Shown here in pieces: positions 8,117 to 20,125 of a stretch of DNA of 64,000 nt (position 1 is its first letter; every line of letters begins with the position of its first letter). The position numbers were made by a program, and so were the translations under genes. This DNA comes from Pirellulales bacterium (lineage in GTDB: Bacteria; Planctomycetota; Planctomycetia; Pirellulales; UBA1268): assembly GCA_049695995.1 (NCBI GenBank), contig JBAVTF010000085.1, positions 2,205 to 66,204 on the forward strand. Reading direction: 5' to 3'. The notes under the pieces were generated by a model. It ran no database searches. It saw only the letters and a program-made list of their open reading frames with translations, and had not been told where the DNA came from.

Positions 8117-9184
8117 CTACTTCAGCCCCGGGCGGCGGTCGAGCGCGCCGCGGACGCCGAGCTGCTCGGGATGCCGGGCGATCTTGTCGGTGAACACCCG
8201 GACGTCGTCTACGATCGGCCGGAGTTCCTTCGTGAGGTTGTTCACGTTGGCGGCTGCCTGGGCGAGGTCGTCATAGACCTTCGGGTCGCGGACGAGCTTG
8301 CCGAGCGTGCCCTCCGACTCGTTGAGCGCACGGGTGAAGAAGACGGCCTGCTGGAGCACCTCGTCGAGCCGGCCGATCGTCTTGTCGACCTGGGCCACCA
8401 TCCCCTCGCCCCGCTCGCCGAGCGGGCGGGTGAGCCCCTCGAGGTTCCGCAGGTTGCGATCGGCCGTGTCCACCGTCGTGCCGATGCCCTGCACGGTGGT
8501 GCGGAGGTCATTCATCACCTCCGGCAGACCTTTGAGCGTCTCCTTCAGATTCGCTCGGGCGTTGGCGTCGCCCATCACGTCGTTGATGTTGTCCATCGCC
8601 AGGCTGAAGGCGTCGAGTGCCTTCTCCGTCTTCGCCACCATCTTGGCGAACGTGTCGTCTTCGCCGAGCAGGAGCCGATCGAGGTTGGCCGAGAGCTTCG
8701 TCACCGACTCGCTCGCCTGCGTCAGCGATTCCAGTGCCGAGCCGAGCTTCGGCTCCAGCGTGGCGAAGACCTCGAAGGGATCGCGGGAGACTGCCCCCAC
8801 GAGCACCTCCTCTGGAGCGATCCGCTGCCGCGGCGGCACGACCCGGCCTGGAACGAGTTGGATCTCGGCGTCGCCGAGCAGCGTCGTGGCGATCCGCGGC
8901 TGCTCGTCTTTGTAGATCGGCACGTAGGAGTCGATATCGGCCACGACGCTCACGCCCCCCTTTTCGTCGAGCTCCACGTCGGCCACCCGGCCGACGAGAA
9001 TCCCGTTCTTCCGCACGGGCGTGCCGTTCGACACGCCACGGGCGTCGGCGAAACTCATCTTGAGCGGATAGGTCGCCTGAACGAGCGAAGGCAGGTCGCC
9101 GAAGAGCACGATCAGGATGCCGGCGATGATGGCCGTCGCCAGCACAACCACACCCACGCGAAACTGCATCATGCGGTCGTTCAC
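8117..9184 (-). CDS. mlaD: MCE/MlaD-family substrate-binding protein
   Basis: An N-terminal TM segment (VGVVVLATAIIAGILIVLFG) is followed by an MCE-like domain and a long helical C-terminus. The GTG start overlaps the upstream ATPase stop (GTGA). It is the third gene of a permease-ATPase-MCE operon. Confidence 0.75.
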   Translation of the reverse strand: MNDRMMQFRVGVVVLATAIIAGILIVLFGDLPSLVQATYPLKMSFADARGVSNGTPVRKNGILVGRVADVELDEKGGVSVVADIDSYVPIYKDEQPRIATTLLGDAEIQLVPGRVVPPRQRIAPEEVLVGAVSRDPFEVFATLEPKLGSALESLTQASESVTKLSANLDRLLLGEDDTFAKMVAKTEKALDAFSLAMDNINDVMGDANARANLKETLKGLPEVMNDLRTTVQGIGTTVDTADRNLRNLEGLTRPLGERGEGMVAQVDKTIGRLDEVLQQAVFFTRALNESEGTLGKLVRDPKVYDDLAQAAANVNNLTKELRPIVDDVRVFTDKIARHPEQLGVRGALDRRPGLK

Positions 9185-10101
9185 GTCGTCTCCTCCTCGT
9201 CCTCGGTCGTCTCGTCGTCAGCGGCCGCGGCTGCCGCAGCGGTGCGGCTCCGTTCTGCCAGACCCTGCTCCTCGAGCAATTCGGTCAGCCGGTTGCCGGC
9301 CCGCCCCTCGATGAACTGGCGAACTCGCGGGTCGCGGCTGCGGTCGAGCTCCGCTGGCGTGCCGTCGAACACGACCTGCGGCTCGTCCGGCCGCAGCCGA
9401 AAGAGCGGGTAGAGCATAATGATCCGGTCGGCCACCTTGCGGGCCGTCGACATGTCGTGCGTGACCACCACGCTCGTCACGCGGGGCCGCTCTCGCACCC
9501 GGAGGATCAGCTCGTTGATCACGTCGGTCATGATCGGGTCGAGGCCGGTGGTAGGCTCGTCATAGAGCACGAGCTGGGGATCGAGGGCCAGCGCCCGGGC
9601 GAGGCCGGCCCGCTTCCGCATGCCCCCCGACAGCTGCACCGGCTTCTTCAACAGCACCGTGCGCGGCAGGCCCACCTCGTCGACCAGCGTGCCCACGATC
9701 TCGGTGATCTCCCGCTCGGACAGCCGCGTGTGCTCACGGAGCGGAAAGGCGATGTTGTCGGCGATCGAGTAGCTGTCGAAGAGGGCGGCCCCCTGGAACA
9801 CGAAGCCGTATTTCGTGCGGAGGTGGGCGAGCTGGCGGTCGTTCATTCGCGACAGCGACCGCCCCTCGAAGGCGACATCGCCCGCGGTCGGCCGCACGAG
9901 GCCGATCATCGTCTTGAGAAGCACCGTCTTGCCGCAGCCGCTCTCCCCGAGCACGACGAGCGTCTGCCCGGCATCCAGGTCGAGCGAGATATCGCGGAGC
10001 ACCTCTTGGCTGCCGAACCGCACGCCGAGCCCTTCGACCCGCAGGACGGGCGGGTCGGCCTCGGCACTGGCTCGGGAGGTGGCGGGGGCGGCGGCAGGCA
10101 T
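9181..10101 (-). CDS. mlaF: ABC ATPase, MlaF-like
   Basis: Walker A is GESGCGKT, the signature is LSGGMRKRAGLARAL and Walker B is VLYDEPTTGLDP. The C-terminus has an acidic tail. Confidence 0.85.
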   Translation of the reverse strand: MPAAAPATSRASAEADPPVLRVEGLGVRFGSQEVLRDISLDLDAGQTLVVLGESGCGKTVLLKTMIGLVRPTAGDVAFEGRSLSRMNDRQLAHLRTKYGFVFQGAALFDSYSIADNIAFPLREHTRLSEREITEIVGTLVDEVGLPRTVLLKKPVQLSGGMRKRAGLARALALDPQLVLYDEPTTGLDPIMTDVINELILRVRERPRVTSVVVTHDMSTARKVADRIIMLYPLFRLRPDEPQVVFDGTPAELDRSRDPRVRQFIEGRAGNRLTELLEEQGLAERSRTAAAAAAADDETTEDEEETT

Positions 10102-10119
10102 GGGGTGATGGCTCGCGGG

Positions 10120-10986
10120 TCAGAGCAGCTTGCGGGGACCTTCGGGCCGGAAGAAGTCGTGGAAATTGTTGAGCCCGATCCCGAGGAACAGGTCGAGCAC
10201 GAGGATCAGGACGAACGAATGCACGAAGGCATTGGTGGCTGCCCGTCCCACGCCCTCGGCGCCGGGCGTGCAGTGGAAGCCGTGGTGACAGCTCACCAGG
10301 GCGATGGCCGCGCCGAAGAAAAAGCTTTTGAAGATGCCCATGAGAAAGTCGAAGGCATCGACGTAGGCACGGGAGTTTTCCCAGTAGTGGTGGTAGTCGA
10401 TCCCGAGCAGCACGTGCGAGTAGAGATAGCCGCCGAGCACGCCCATGAAGTCGGCCATCACCGTCAGCGACGGGATGAGCACGAGGCAGCCGAGGAACCG
10501 GGGCACGACGAGATAGTAGATGGGGTTGGCACCCATGCTCTCGAGCGCGTCGATCTGTTCGGTCACCCGCATCGTGCCGAGTTCAGCGGCCATCGCGCTG
10601 CCGACGCGGCCCGCGAGCATCGTCGCCGCGAGCACCGGGCCGAGCTCACGGACGAGCGAGAGGTTGATCACCGAGCCGAGCCGCGTCTGGAGGCCGAGCG
10701 CCTTGAACTGGGCGTAGCTCTGCACGGCGAGCACCATGCCGATGAACAGCCCCGTGAGCGCGACCACCGGCAGCGACATCACGCCGATCTGGTAGAAGCT
10801 CGGCAGAAGCACGTCGCGCCGCTGCCGCCGGGCGAACATCCAGCCGAACGTCTGCAGTGTGAAGATCGCCACGTCGCCGATGCCGGCCACGCTCGACATC
10901 GCGAAGCTGCCAAGGTTGGCGACCATCCGGGCGAGCCAGCCGTTGAGAGCGGGCTGTGGGGTGGCGGGAGTGGGGGAACTGGCCAT
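10120..10986 (-). CDS. mlaE: ABC permease, MlaE-like
   Basis: This is a polytopic membrane protein containing [33 protein letters not shown], the MlaE/YrbE signature region. The ATG at 10986 is preferred; the track start at 11103 adds an Arg/Cys-rich extension. Confidence 0.8.
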   Translation of the reverse strand: MASSPTPATPQPALNGWLARMVANLGSFAMSSVAGIGDVAIFTLQTFGWMFARRQRRDVLLPSFYQIGVMSLPVVALTGLFIGMVLAVQSYAQFKALGLQTRLGSVINLSLVRELGPVLAATMLAGRVGSAMAAELGTMRVTEQIDALESMGANPIYYLVVPRFLGCLVLIPSLTVMADFMGVLGGYLYSHVLLGIDYHHYWENSRAYVDAFDFLMGIFKSFFFGAAIALVSCHHGFHCTPGAEGVGRAATNAFVHSFVLILVLDLFLGIGLNNFHDFFRPEGPRKLL

Positions 10987-11118
10987 GGCGAGCGCATCCG
11001 AGAGGGCGTGCGCAGCGGAAGCGCACCACACCCTGCCGGTCGTATCGGCCATGCCGGTCGGGCAGCTTGAGCCGACTGGAACGGCTTTCGGCCACAGCGG
11101 CAATCTGGGCAGGCTGTG

Positions 11119-11988
11119 TCAGGCGGCGCGGCGGTGGGCGATCTCGGGGAAGGCCTCGGTGTGGGCCTGGCCGCCCCGCGACCGGATTCCGAGCGTCGTG
11201 AGCAGCCCACGGCGAACTCTGCGGAAGGGCACCGCGACGCAGCGGTGGGCCCGGATCCACCAGGGCCGCAATCGCTCGAGATCGGCGGCAGTGGTCGAGA
11301 TCTGATCGGGGCGATGCCGCAGCCGGTGCTTGAGCAGGTGGTAGTCATCGCACCGTTGGAGGAGCCGCAGCAGGCCGCCGCAGAGGCCGGCCACGAGGCG
11401 GTTCGACCGCGGCAGGGCGAACGAGATCTGGAAGTCGATCAGGTGCGGCCGTCCGTCGTCGTCGACGAGGATATTCTCGCGCTTATGGAGATCGACGTGG
11501 GCCACGCCGCGGCGATGGGCCTCCGCCAAAAGCGCGGCAAGACGTGGGAAGAACTGGTCATTTACCCGCTCTTCTTCCGCGAGCGCATGCCCTTCGATCC
11601 ACTCGTGGGCCACCGCATTGGTGAGCTGGCGACCCTCCACCTCCACCGCGCCGAGCGACACCGGGATGCCGTCGATGCCCGCGAGCCGCTCCATGAACCG
11701 CTCTTCACGCCGGGCGAGTAGCCGGCCCAGCCAGGCCATCGGGATCACGAGGATCGGCTGGCGGCGGTTGAACTTGCAGATCGCCTTCCGCGTCGCGGAG
11801 GCGTAGACGGCGGATGCGGCCCAGGAATCGTGCTTGAGGGTTTCCAGCCGGTGGAACGACTCCCCCTGCATCCGGATCGTGCCCGGGGGCTCGTGCTTCC
11901 CGAGCGCCCGAAACAGCGCCGGCCGCGGCCGCGCCGCTGCAGGCAGTTCCGCCACGTGGATCCCTAGTCCGCCCGCGTGCATCGCCAT
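11119..11988 (-). CDS. Protein-kinase-like fold protein (LPS/Kdo-kinase or RIO-like)
   Basis: A catalytic-loop-like motif reads HRRGVAHVDLHKRENILVDDDGRPHLIDFQ (HxDLHxxNILV ... DFQ). The ATG at 11988 was chosen and is uncertain. Confidence 0.5.
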   Translation of the reverse strand: MAMHAGGLGIHVAELPAAARPRPALFRALGKHEPPGTIRMQGESFHRLETLKHDSWAASAVYASATRKAICKFNRRQPILVIPMAWLGRLLARREERFMERLAGIDGIPVSLGAVEVEGRQLTNAVAHEWIEGHALAEEERVNDQFFPRLAALLAEAHRRGVAHVDLHKRENILVDDDGRPHLIDFQISFALPRSNRLVAGLCGGLLRLLQRCDDYHLLKHRLRHRPDQISTTAADLERLRPWWIRAHRCVAVPFRRVRRGLLTTLGIRSRGGQAHTEAFPEIAHRRAA

Positions 11989-12105
11989 CCGGTTTCCCTC
12001 CGCCTCGAGGAATGGCGGTAGAGACACCGCCCGGAGGGAGGATCGACGCTCGGGGCCGATTCCTGCGGCACGCACGGAGCAATCGACAGGAATTGCCAGG
12101 ATTGC

Positions 12106-12131
12106 CCGTAGTCCGCACACTCCGTGTGCGG
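12106..12131. repeat. Hairpin repeat family B (copy 1)
   Basis: The sequence is ccgtagtccgcacactccgtgtgcgg. The same unit occurs at 51872-51897 and inverted at 27494-27520. Confidence 0.75.
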
Positions 12132-12209
12132 GTGGAGGTCGAGGGCCCGGCTATTCGTCCGGAGGTCCGCTGACCTGCAGGCAGGTGGTGCGGGTCTTCG
12201 ATTATTTGA

Positions 12210-12242
12210 CCGTAGTCCACATGCGGAGCATGTGGACTACGG
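12210..12242 (-). terminator. Perfect 14-bp hairpin downstream of clpC (family B-related)
   Basis: CCGTAGTCCACATG-cggag-CATGTGGACTACGG lies 13 nt after the clpC stop. It is followed on the minus strand by A/T-rich TCAAATAATCG, with no clean U-tract. Confidence 0.5.
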
Positions 12243-12254
12243 GCGCATGGCGGA

Positions 12255-14783
<2,529 letters not shown>

Positions 14784-15091
14784 GGGCTCTGATTTCCTTC
14801 CCGGCTGTCGGTCCGTTCTGCCTGTCGCTCTACCTGCCTGTCTCTGCGGTAGCGGCGGGTGCCATTTCGGCAGCCCCGCCTCTCTTCCCTTTCCTCTGCA
14901 AACCCTACGCCAACTCGCCGGAAATCGTTCGCCTCCGGCTTCGGTTTGGGGCAGGCCCTCGCAGATGGGACGGCGAATTCTAGGGGGGCACGGCCGGAAT
15001 GTCTGTGGCGGATGTCGCAGCGCGGCGAAAACCGCGGATTCCGCGGCCTCGCGACCGGCCCGAACCGGTGACGGACAGCCGTGACGATCGG

Positions 15092-15697
15092 TCAGGCGGC
15101 GGCCGTGTGGTGGCCGGCGTCGTCGGCTTGAGGCTGCACGGAGAGAATGGTTGGCCCGGCCGTGTCGGTAGCCGCTCGGCTGTCGGCGTCGATGCGGGCC
15201 AGTTCGCGGACAATCGCGGACTGCCAGAGTCGTCCGGAGTCGGCACGGGACAGCTGGTCGAGTGCCGCCCGGGCCTCGTCAAAGCGGCCCACGCGCCGGA
15301 GCAACGTGCCGAGCAGGAGCTGGGCTTCGCCGTCGGTGGAATCCCGCCTCAGGAGCGTGCGCAGCGTCGCTTCGGCGGTGAGCCAGTCGTGGGCGAGATA
15401 GGCGTTGCGGGCCTTCACGTAGAGCGTGTCCGACTCAGCATCGCGTCCGATAGCGAGCGGCGGCGGAAAGGCCGACACGGCCGAGGCGGTGGCGAGCGCC
15501 CAGATCACCGCCGTCGCCACCCAGACCGCGAGCCGTGCAGGCAGTTCGATCAGATCCGACCAGATCCAGGTGGTGAGCACCGCGACGTCGAGCGTGAGTG
15601 CGAACCCGACGGCGACGACGAGCCCGGGCAGACTCCCCCGCAGCCAGAGCCACGGTAGGCCCGGCCAGAGCAGGGTGAGGTAGCGGGCGGCACGCAT
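15092..15697 (-). CDS. Membrane-anchored TPR-like protein
   Basis: Two or three N-terminal TM helices are followed by TPR-like repeats (AYLAHDWLTAEATLRTLLRRDSTDGEAQLLLGTLLRRVGRFDEARAAL). Confidence 0.55.
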   Translation of the reverse strand: MRAARYLTLLWPGLPWLWLRGSLPGLVVAVGFALTLDVAVLTTWIWSDLIELPARLAVWVATAVIWALATASAVSAFPPPLAIGRDAESDTLYVKARNAYLAHDWLTAEATLRTLLRRDSTDGEAQLLLGTLLRRVGRFDEARAALDQLSRADSGRLWQSAIVRELARIDADSRAATDTAGPTILSVQPQADDAGHHTAAA

Positions 15698-15799
15698 AGC
15701 GTCGGCTCACGGGACGGAATCGCGGCGGAGTCTAGGAGCCGAACCTCGTTTCGCAAAGCCATATCTCCGCAGGCTTTATAGTGGCAATCCAGCAAAGGT

Positions 15800-15889
15800 A
15801 GGCGAGGGGGTCGGTGCAAGCTCGAGGAGCATTTGGACCGAGTCTTCGAGGTCCCGCGACGAGACTTGTACCGCCCCTGAGCCGGCGAA
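15800..15889 (+). repeat. ~90-nt near-identical structured repeat, family C (copy 1)
   Basis: AGGCGAGGGGGTCGGTGCAAGCTCGAGGAGCATTTGGACCGAGTCTTCGAGGTCCCGCGACGAGACTTGTACCGCCCCTGAGCCGGCGAA matches 51606-51695 with 2 mismatches, in the same orientation. It lies 50 nt upstream of the thiE ATG. Confidence 0.85.
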
Positions 15890-15939
15890 TCTCTCTCGAG
15901 CCGCTACAAAAAACGTACAAAAGAAGTAGGTAGAAAATC

Positions 15940-17043
15940 ATGCAGACCAGTGAAGGCGGGCAGGGTGGCGTGGCTGGAGTGTGGCGGGCGATCGACGCCT
16001 CGGCCAACCGGGCGGCCGAGGCGATCCGGGTGCTCGAAGACGTGGCCCGGTTCGTGCTCGATGACGTCGCGCTCACGAGCCTTGCCAAACAGCTGCGGCA
16101 CGAATTGGCCGCGGCCCTCGCGCACCGGGCGCTCGAGTCGCGGATCGCGCTGCGCGACGTGACCGGCGACGTCGGCGCGGGTATGGCGAAGCCGGCGGCG
16201 CTGCCGCGGGCTTCGGTCGCCGATCTCGTCGCCGCGAATGCCGCCCGTGGCACGCAGGCCGTGCGCAGCCTCGAGGAATGCGTGGCCGTGATTGTGCCCG
16301 AGGCGGCGGCGGCGTTCGAGCGGATTCGGTATCGCCTCTATGCGCTCGAGCGGGCGGCGGCGGCGGCCGTGCGATCGCGGGATCGGCTGGCAGGCGTCAG
16401 GCTCTGCGTGCTCGTCGATGGCCGCGCCGACCAGGCTGCGTTCGAGCGGCTCGTGGAATCGCTGCTCGAAGCGGGGGTGCGGATGCTGCAGATCCGCGAC
16501 AAGTCGCTGGCCGTGCCGGCGCTGGCGGCTCGTGCCGCCGCGGCCGTGGCGGTCGCTCGTCGGCACGACCGCGAGCGGCCGGCGATCGTGATCGTGAACG
16601 ACCGGGCCGACGTGGCGGCGGCGATCAACGCCGATGGCGTGCATACGGGGGCCGACGACCTCGCGACGCCGCTCGTGCGGCGGGTGATCGGCCCGGATCG
16701 GCTGCTCGGCCGCACGGCCCACGACTTTGCCGAGGCCCGGGCCGCGGTGGACGAGGGGGCCGACTACCTCGGCATCGGCCCCTGCTTCCCGTCGCACACG
16801 AAATCGTTCGGCGAGTTCGCGCCGCGGGAGTTTCTCGCGCGGGTGGCCACGGAGATTGCGATGCCGGCCTTCGCGATCGGGGGCGTAACCCGCGAGCGGC
16901 TCGATGCACTGGCCGCGCTCGGCATCCGCCGCGTGGCGGTGGCGTCGGCGATCACAGCGGCTGCGGACCCCGGGGCCGAGGCCGCGGCCTTCATCGAGCG
17001 GCTGGCGGAACTGGATCGGTCGGCAGCGGATCAGTCGACGTAG
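15940..17043 (+). CDS. thiE: Thiamine-phosphate synthase with an N-terminal helical extension
   Basis: The C-terminal ~210 aa carry the ThiE TIM-barrel blocks (LQIRDK, VNDRADVAAAINADGVHTGADD, GADYLGIGPCFPSHTK, AIGGV). The N-terminal ~150 aa are an extra domain. Confidence 0.8.
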   Translation: MQTSEGGQGGVAGVWRAIDASANRAAEAIRVLEDVARFVLDDVALTSLAKQLRHELAAALAHRALESRIALRDVTGDVGAGMAKPAALPRASVADLVAANAARGTQAVRSLEECVAVIVPEAAAAFERIRYRLYALERAAAAAVRSRDRLAGVRLCVLVDGRADQAAFERLVESLLEAGVRMLQIRDKSLAVPALAARAAAAVAVARRHDRERPAIVIVNDRADVAAAINADGVHTGADDLATPLVRRVIGPDRLLGRTAHDFAEARAAVDEGADYLGIGPCFPSHTKSFGEFAPREFLARVATEIAMPAFAIGGVTRERLDALAALGIRRVAVASAITAAADPGAEAAAFIERLAELDRSAADQST

Positions 17044-17632
17044 CGGCTGGTGCTTCTCCGACTGGCGACGGCTGTTCCTTTAACAGTCGCAGGACGGCCT
17101 GGGCGATGTCGGCCTCGTCTCGGCTCCGATAGCCCACCCAGACCTGCCGCACGCGGGAATCGGGGCCGATGAGAAACGTCGTCGGGAAGGCTTCGAGGCC
17201 GTACGCCGAGGCAAAGAGGCTGCGGGCCGGCGGGTCGGCGAAGCCCCAGGGCCGCAGCGGCAGCTTGTGCTCGACGAGATAGGCGGCGGTCGTGGCGGCG
17301 AGTTCGTCGAGATCATCCATGCCGCACGACACGGCGACGAGTTGAAACCGCGGCTCGTCGGCCAGTTGGGTGGCCAGCCGGACGAGGCCGGGCAGCTCTC
17401 GGCGGCAGGGTGGACACCAGGTGCCCCAGAAGTTGAGGAGCGTCACCTTGCCCGTGAGCGTTGGCGCGGTCGCCCGGGGATCACCGAGCGACACGACGGG
17501 GAGCCGAGCGATGCCGCGGCCGACGGCCGGATGGCCACGGCCCGGAGCCTCGCAGCCGACGACGCCGATCGCCGCGACCGCGATGACGAGCATGAGCCGC
17601 CGCAACGTCTCTCGGCGCATGGTTGCTATCAT
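16991..17632 (-). CDS. TlpA/ResA-like thiol:disulfide oxidoreductase (lipoprotein or secreted)
   Basis: The thioredoxin-fold motif is FWGTWCPPCRRELP. The N-terminal signal has a Cys (AIGVVGC). The 3' end overlaps convergent thiE by ~50 nt. Confidence 0.8.
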   Translation of the reverse strand: MIATMRRETLRRLMLVIAVAAIGVVGCEAPGRGHPAVGRGIARLPVVSLGDPRATAPTLTGKVTLLNFWGTWCPPCRRELPGLVRLATQLADEPRFQLVAVSCGMDDLDELAATTAAYLVEHKLPLRPWGFADPPARSLFASAYGLEAFPTTFLIGPDSRVRQVWVGYRSRDEADIAQAVLRLLKEQPSPVGEAPAATSTDPLPTDPVPPAAR

Positions 17633-17649
17633 CGTCTGACAATCCTCAT

Positions 17650-18249
17650 GTGACCGTGTCAGTGTACGAAGTCGAACTCAAATTCCATGTGGCCGATGCT
17701 GCCGCACTCGAGCGGCGACTCGGTGCGATCGCGGCGCGGTTCGCCTCGGCGCTCGACCAGGTCGATCGCTACTTCGCCCACCCGTGCCGGGATTTCGCGG
17801 CCACGGACGAGGCGTTGCGGCTACGGCGGGTAGGCGAAGATGTGGCGATCACCTGGAAGGGGCCGCGCATCGGAGCCGGCGCGAAGACACGTGAGGAACT
17901 CGAACTCGGGCTGGCGACAGGTGCGACGGCGGGACGAGCGGCCGGGGGTGCCGCCACGATCGACCGCTGGACGCAACTCCTAGAGGCGCTCGGCTTCCGG
18001 CAGGTGAGGGAAGTCGTGAAGCGACGCAGGCTGGCATCCGTGGCCTGGGATGGCGTGGAGATCGAGATCGCCCTCGACGCGGTGGCGGGGCTCGGTGACT
18101 TCGTGGAGCTGGAACTCCTCACCGAGCCGGAGGGCATTCCGCAGGCGGTCGCGCGGCTGGAGTCGCTGGCGGCCACGCTCGGGTGCACGACGCCCGAACG
18201 CCGCAGCTACCTGGAACTGCTGCTTGAAGACGATCGGCGCGGTCCATGA
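17650..18249 (+). CDS. CYTH-domain protein (class IV adenylate cyclase / triphosphatase family)
   Basis: The ExExK motif is YEVELKF, followed by DRYF, LRLRR, EELE and FVELE acidic strands. The start is ambiguous (TTG 17623, or GTG 17650/17656/17662). Confidence 0.75.
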   Translation: MTVSVYEVELKFHVADAAALERRLGAIAARFASALDQVDRYFAHPCRDFAATDEALRLRRVGEDVAITWKGPRIGAGAKTREELELGLATGATAGRAAGGAATIDRWTQLLEALGFRQVREVVKRRRLASVAWDGVEIEIALDAVAGLGDFVELELLTEPEGIPQAVARLESLAATLGCTTPERRSYLELLLEDDRRGP

Positions 18250-19520
18250 ACGAGCCCATCGCACGCGGCCCACGAGAGGTGCGCAACACCCTCTGTCTCG
18301 AGCTCTACCACGTGATCGTCCGCGTCGGCTGGATCTTCAAGACCGAGACGATCATCATGCCGGCCGTGCTCGACGCGGTGGTCGATTCGGGCACGCTCCG
18401 TGGCCTCCTGCCCGTGCTCAATCGGGGCGGCCAGAGCCTGCCGCCGCTCTTCGTCGCAGGGGCCGTCGGCCGCCGGCCGATCAAGAAGTGGCTGCTCGTG
18501 GCTGCGGCGGTCGCCAAGGCGGCCTGCTTCGCGCTCCTCGCCTGCGCCTGGACGCCGCTGCGGTCCCAGCCGGCCCTCCTCGCCGCGGTGTTCCTCGTGC
18601 TCTACGCGACGTTCTCCGGCTGCAATGGTCTCTCGCAGCTCGTCGCCGCGGCCCTGCAAGGCAAGCTCATCGCTCCGGGGCATCGCGGCCGGTCGCTCGT
18701 GATAAACGCCGCCGTGGGCAGCGTGCTCGCTATCGTCGCCGCGATCCTGCTCCTGCGACCCTGGCTCGCCGAGCCCGACGGCTTCACGAAGATCTTCGCG
18801 GTGACCGCCGCGTTCTTCGCTCTGGCGGCGATCGTGCCGGCGTTTCTCGACGAGCCGCCTGATGCGCAGCTTGCGCATGCCACGGCTGCGCGGGAGTCGG
18901 GACTCGCGGCCCGCTTCAGACAGGCCGTCGCCGAATGGCGGTACACGCTCATGGCGGATCGGGCACTCGTGCGGCTGGCGGTCGTCGCTGCCTGCTTCTC
19001 AGGCGTGATCATGCTCTTTCCTCACTATCAGGCGTTCGCCCGCGACCGGCTCGGCACGCCGCTCATGAGCCTGCTCACGTGGGTCGTCGTTCAGAATCTC
19101 TCCACGGGATGCGTGAGCCTCGTCGCCGGTCCGACAGCCGACCGCCGCGGCACCCGCATCGTGCTCATCTGGCTCGTGGCCCTCTCGTCGCTCGTGCCGC
19201 TGGTGGTGACGGGACTGTCGCTCGCCCCCCACGCACTCGCGGCCGACTGGTTCTGGATCGTCTATCTCATGCTCGGGCTCAATCCGATTTCGCTGCAGAT
19301 CTTCACGAACTATGCGCTCGAACTCGCGCCCCGGCCCCGCGATCACGCCCGCTATGTGAGCATCGTCGGCGCGGCCCTCGCGGCCCCGTTCGTGTGCTCG
19401 CCCCTCGTGGGCTGGATGGTCGATGCCGTCGGCTTTCGGCCTGTATTCCTGGCCGGGGCGGCGGTGATCGCGACCGGGGCCGCCGTGGCCACGGGGCTCC
19501 CCGAGCCCCGTCGGCGGTGA
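18246..19520 (+). CDS. MFS-type transporter
   Basis: About 12 hydrophobic segments in 424 aa. The ATGA overlap with the CYTH stop suggests translational coupling. Confidence 0.7.
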   Translation: MNEPIARGPREVRNTLCLELYHVIVRVGWIFKTETIIMPAVLDAVVDSGTLRGLLPVLNRGGQSLPPLFVAGAVGRRPIKKWLLVAAAVAKAACFALLACAWTPLRSQPALLAAVFLVLYATFSGCNGLSQLVAAALQGKLIAPGHRGRSLVINAAVGSVLAIVAAILLLRPWLAEPDGFTKIFAVTAAFFALAAIVPAFLDEPPDAQLAHATAARESGLAARFRQAVAEWRYTLMADRALVRLAVVAACFSGVIMLFPHYQAFARDRLGTPLMSLLTWVVVQNLSTGCVSLVAGPTADRRGTRIVLIWLVALSSLVPLVVTGLSLAPHALAADWFWIVYLMLGLNPISLQIFTNYALELAPRPRDHARYVSIVGAALAAPFVCSPLVGWMVDAVGFRPVFLAGAAVIATGAAVATGLPEPRRR

Positions 19521-19641
19521 CGACCCGGCGGAATCCCGGCCGATTCGCCGATTGCGGCGTCGGCCGTCGCGGGCCTATGCTCTGAAGATCGCCGAGGAAC
19601 CAGGCGGTCATCCGCCCGTCGCTATTTAGGAGTTGAATGCC

Positions 19642-20085
19642 ATGAAGATTCGCCACACACTTCCGTTCGTCGCCCTGGTCGTCGCCCTGGTATCGTCATC
19701 GGTCGCCATGTCGGCCGTGAAGGAGCCGAAGGACGCGAAGTGCCCGGTCTCCGGTGCCAAGTGCAATCCAGAGAAGACCGCCGACTTCGCTGGTGGCAAG
19801 GTCTACTTCTGCTGCGGAAACTGCTCCAGCAAGTTCGTCAAGGATTCGGCGCCGTTCGCGGCCAAGGCTCACCAGCAGATGGTGGCGACCGGCCAGCTCA
19901 AGCAGAAGGGCTGCCCGTTCAGCGGCGGCCCGGTGAAGGCAGGCACGGAACTTACGATCGGCGATGCCGAGGTGGGGTTCTGCTGCAACAACTGCAAGGG
20001 CAAGGTCGAGAAGGCGTCGGACGACGAGAAGGTCACGCTCGTGTTCGGCAGCATCGAGAAGGGCTTCGAGCCGGCCGCGAAATAG
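19642..20085 (+). CDS. Secreted protein with two YHS/TRASH-like Cys motifs (putative metal binding)
   Basis: AGGAG lies 9 nt upstream of the ATG at 19642. The signal peptide is MKIRHTLPFVALVVALVSSSVAMSA. The motif is duplicated: CPVSG...GGKVYFCCGNC..KF and CPFSG...DAEVGFCCNNC.GK. Confidence 0.55.
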   Translation: MKIRHTLPFVALVVALVSSSVAMSAVKEPKDAKCPVSGAKCNPEKTADFAGGKVYFCCGNCSSKFVKDSAPFAAKAHQQMVATGQLKQKGCPFSGGPVKAGTELTIGDAEVGFCCNNCKGKVEKASDDEKVTLVFGSIEKGFEPAAK

Positions 20086-20125
20086 GCCCTGAATTGGCCT
20101 AGGGTCGGTCGCCGAGACTTGAAAT

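Noticed and set aside
15698-15939. A possible TPP riboswitch upstream of thiE.
   Set aside because: I looked for the THI-box core (CUGAGA ... ACCUGAUCUGGAUAAUGCCAGCG) and it is absent. The structured sequence here is family C, which also occurs in an unrelated context.
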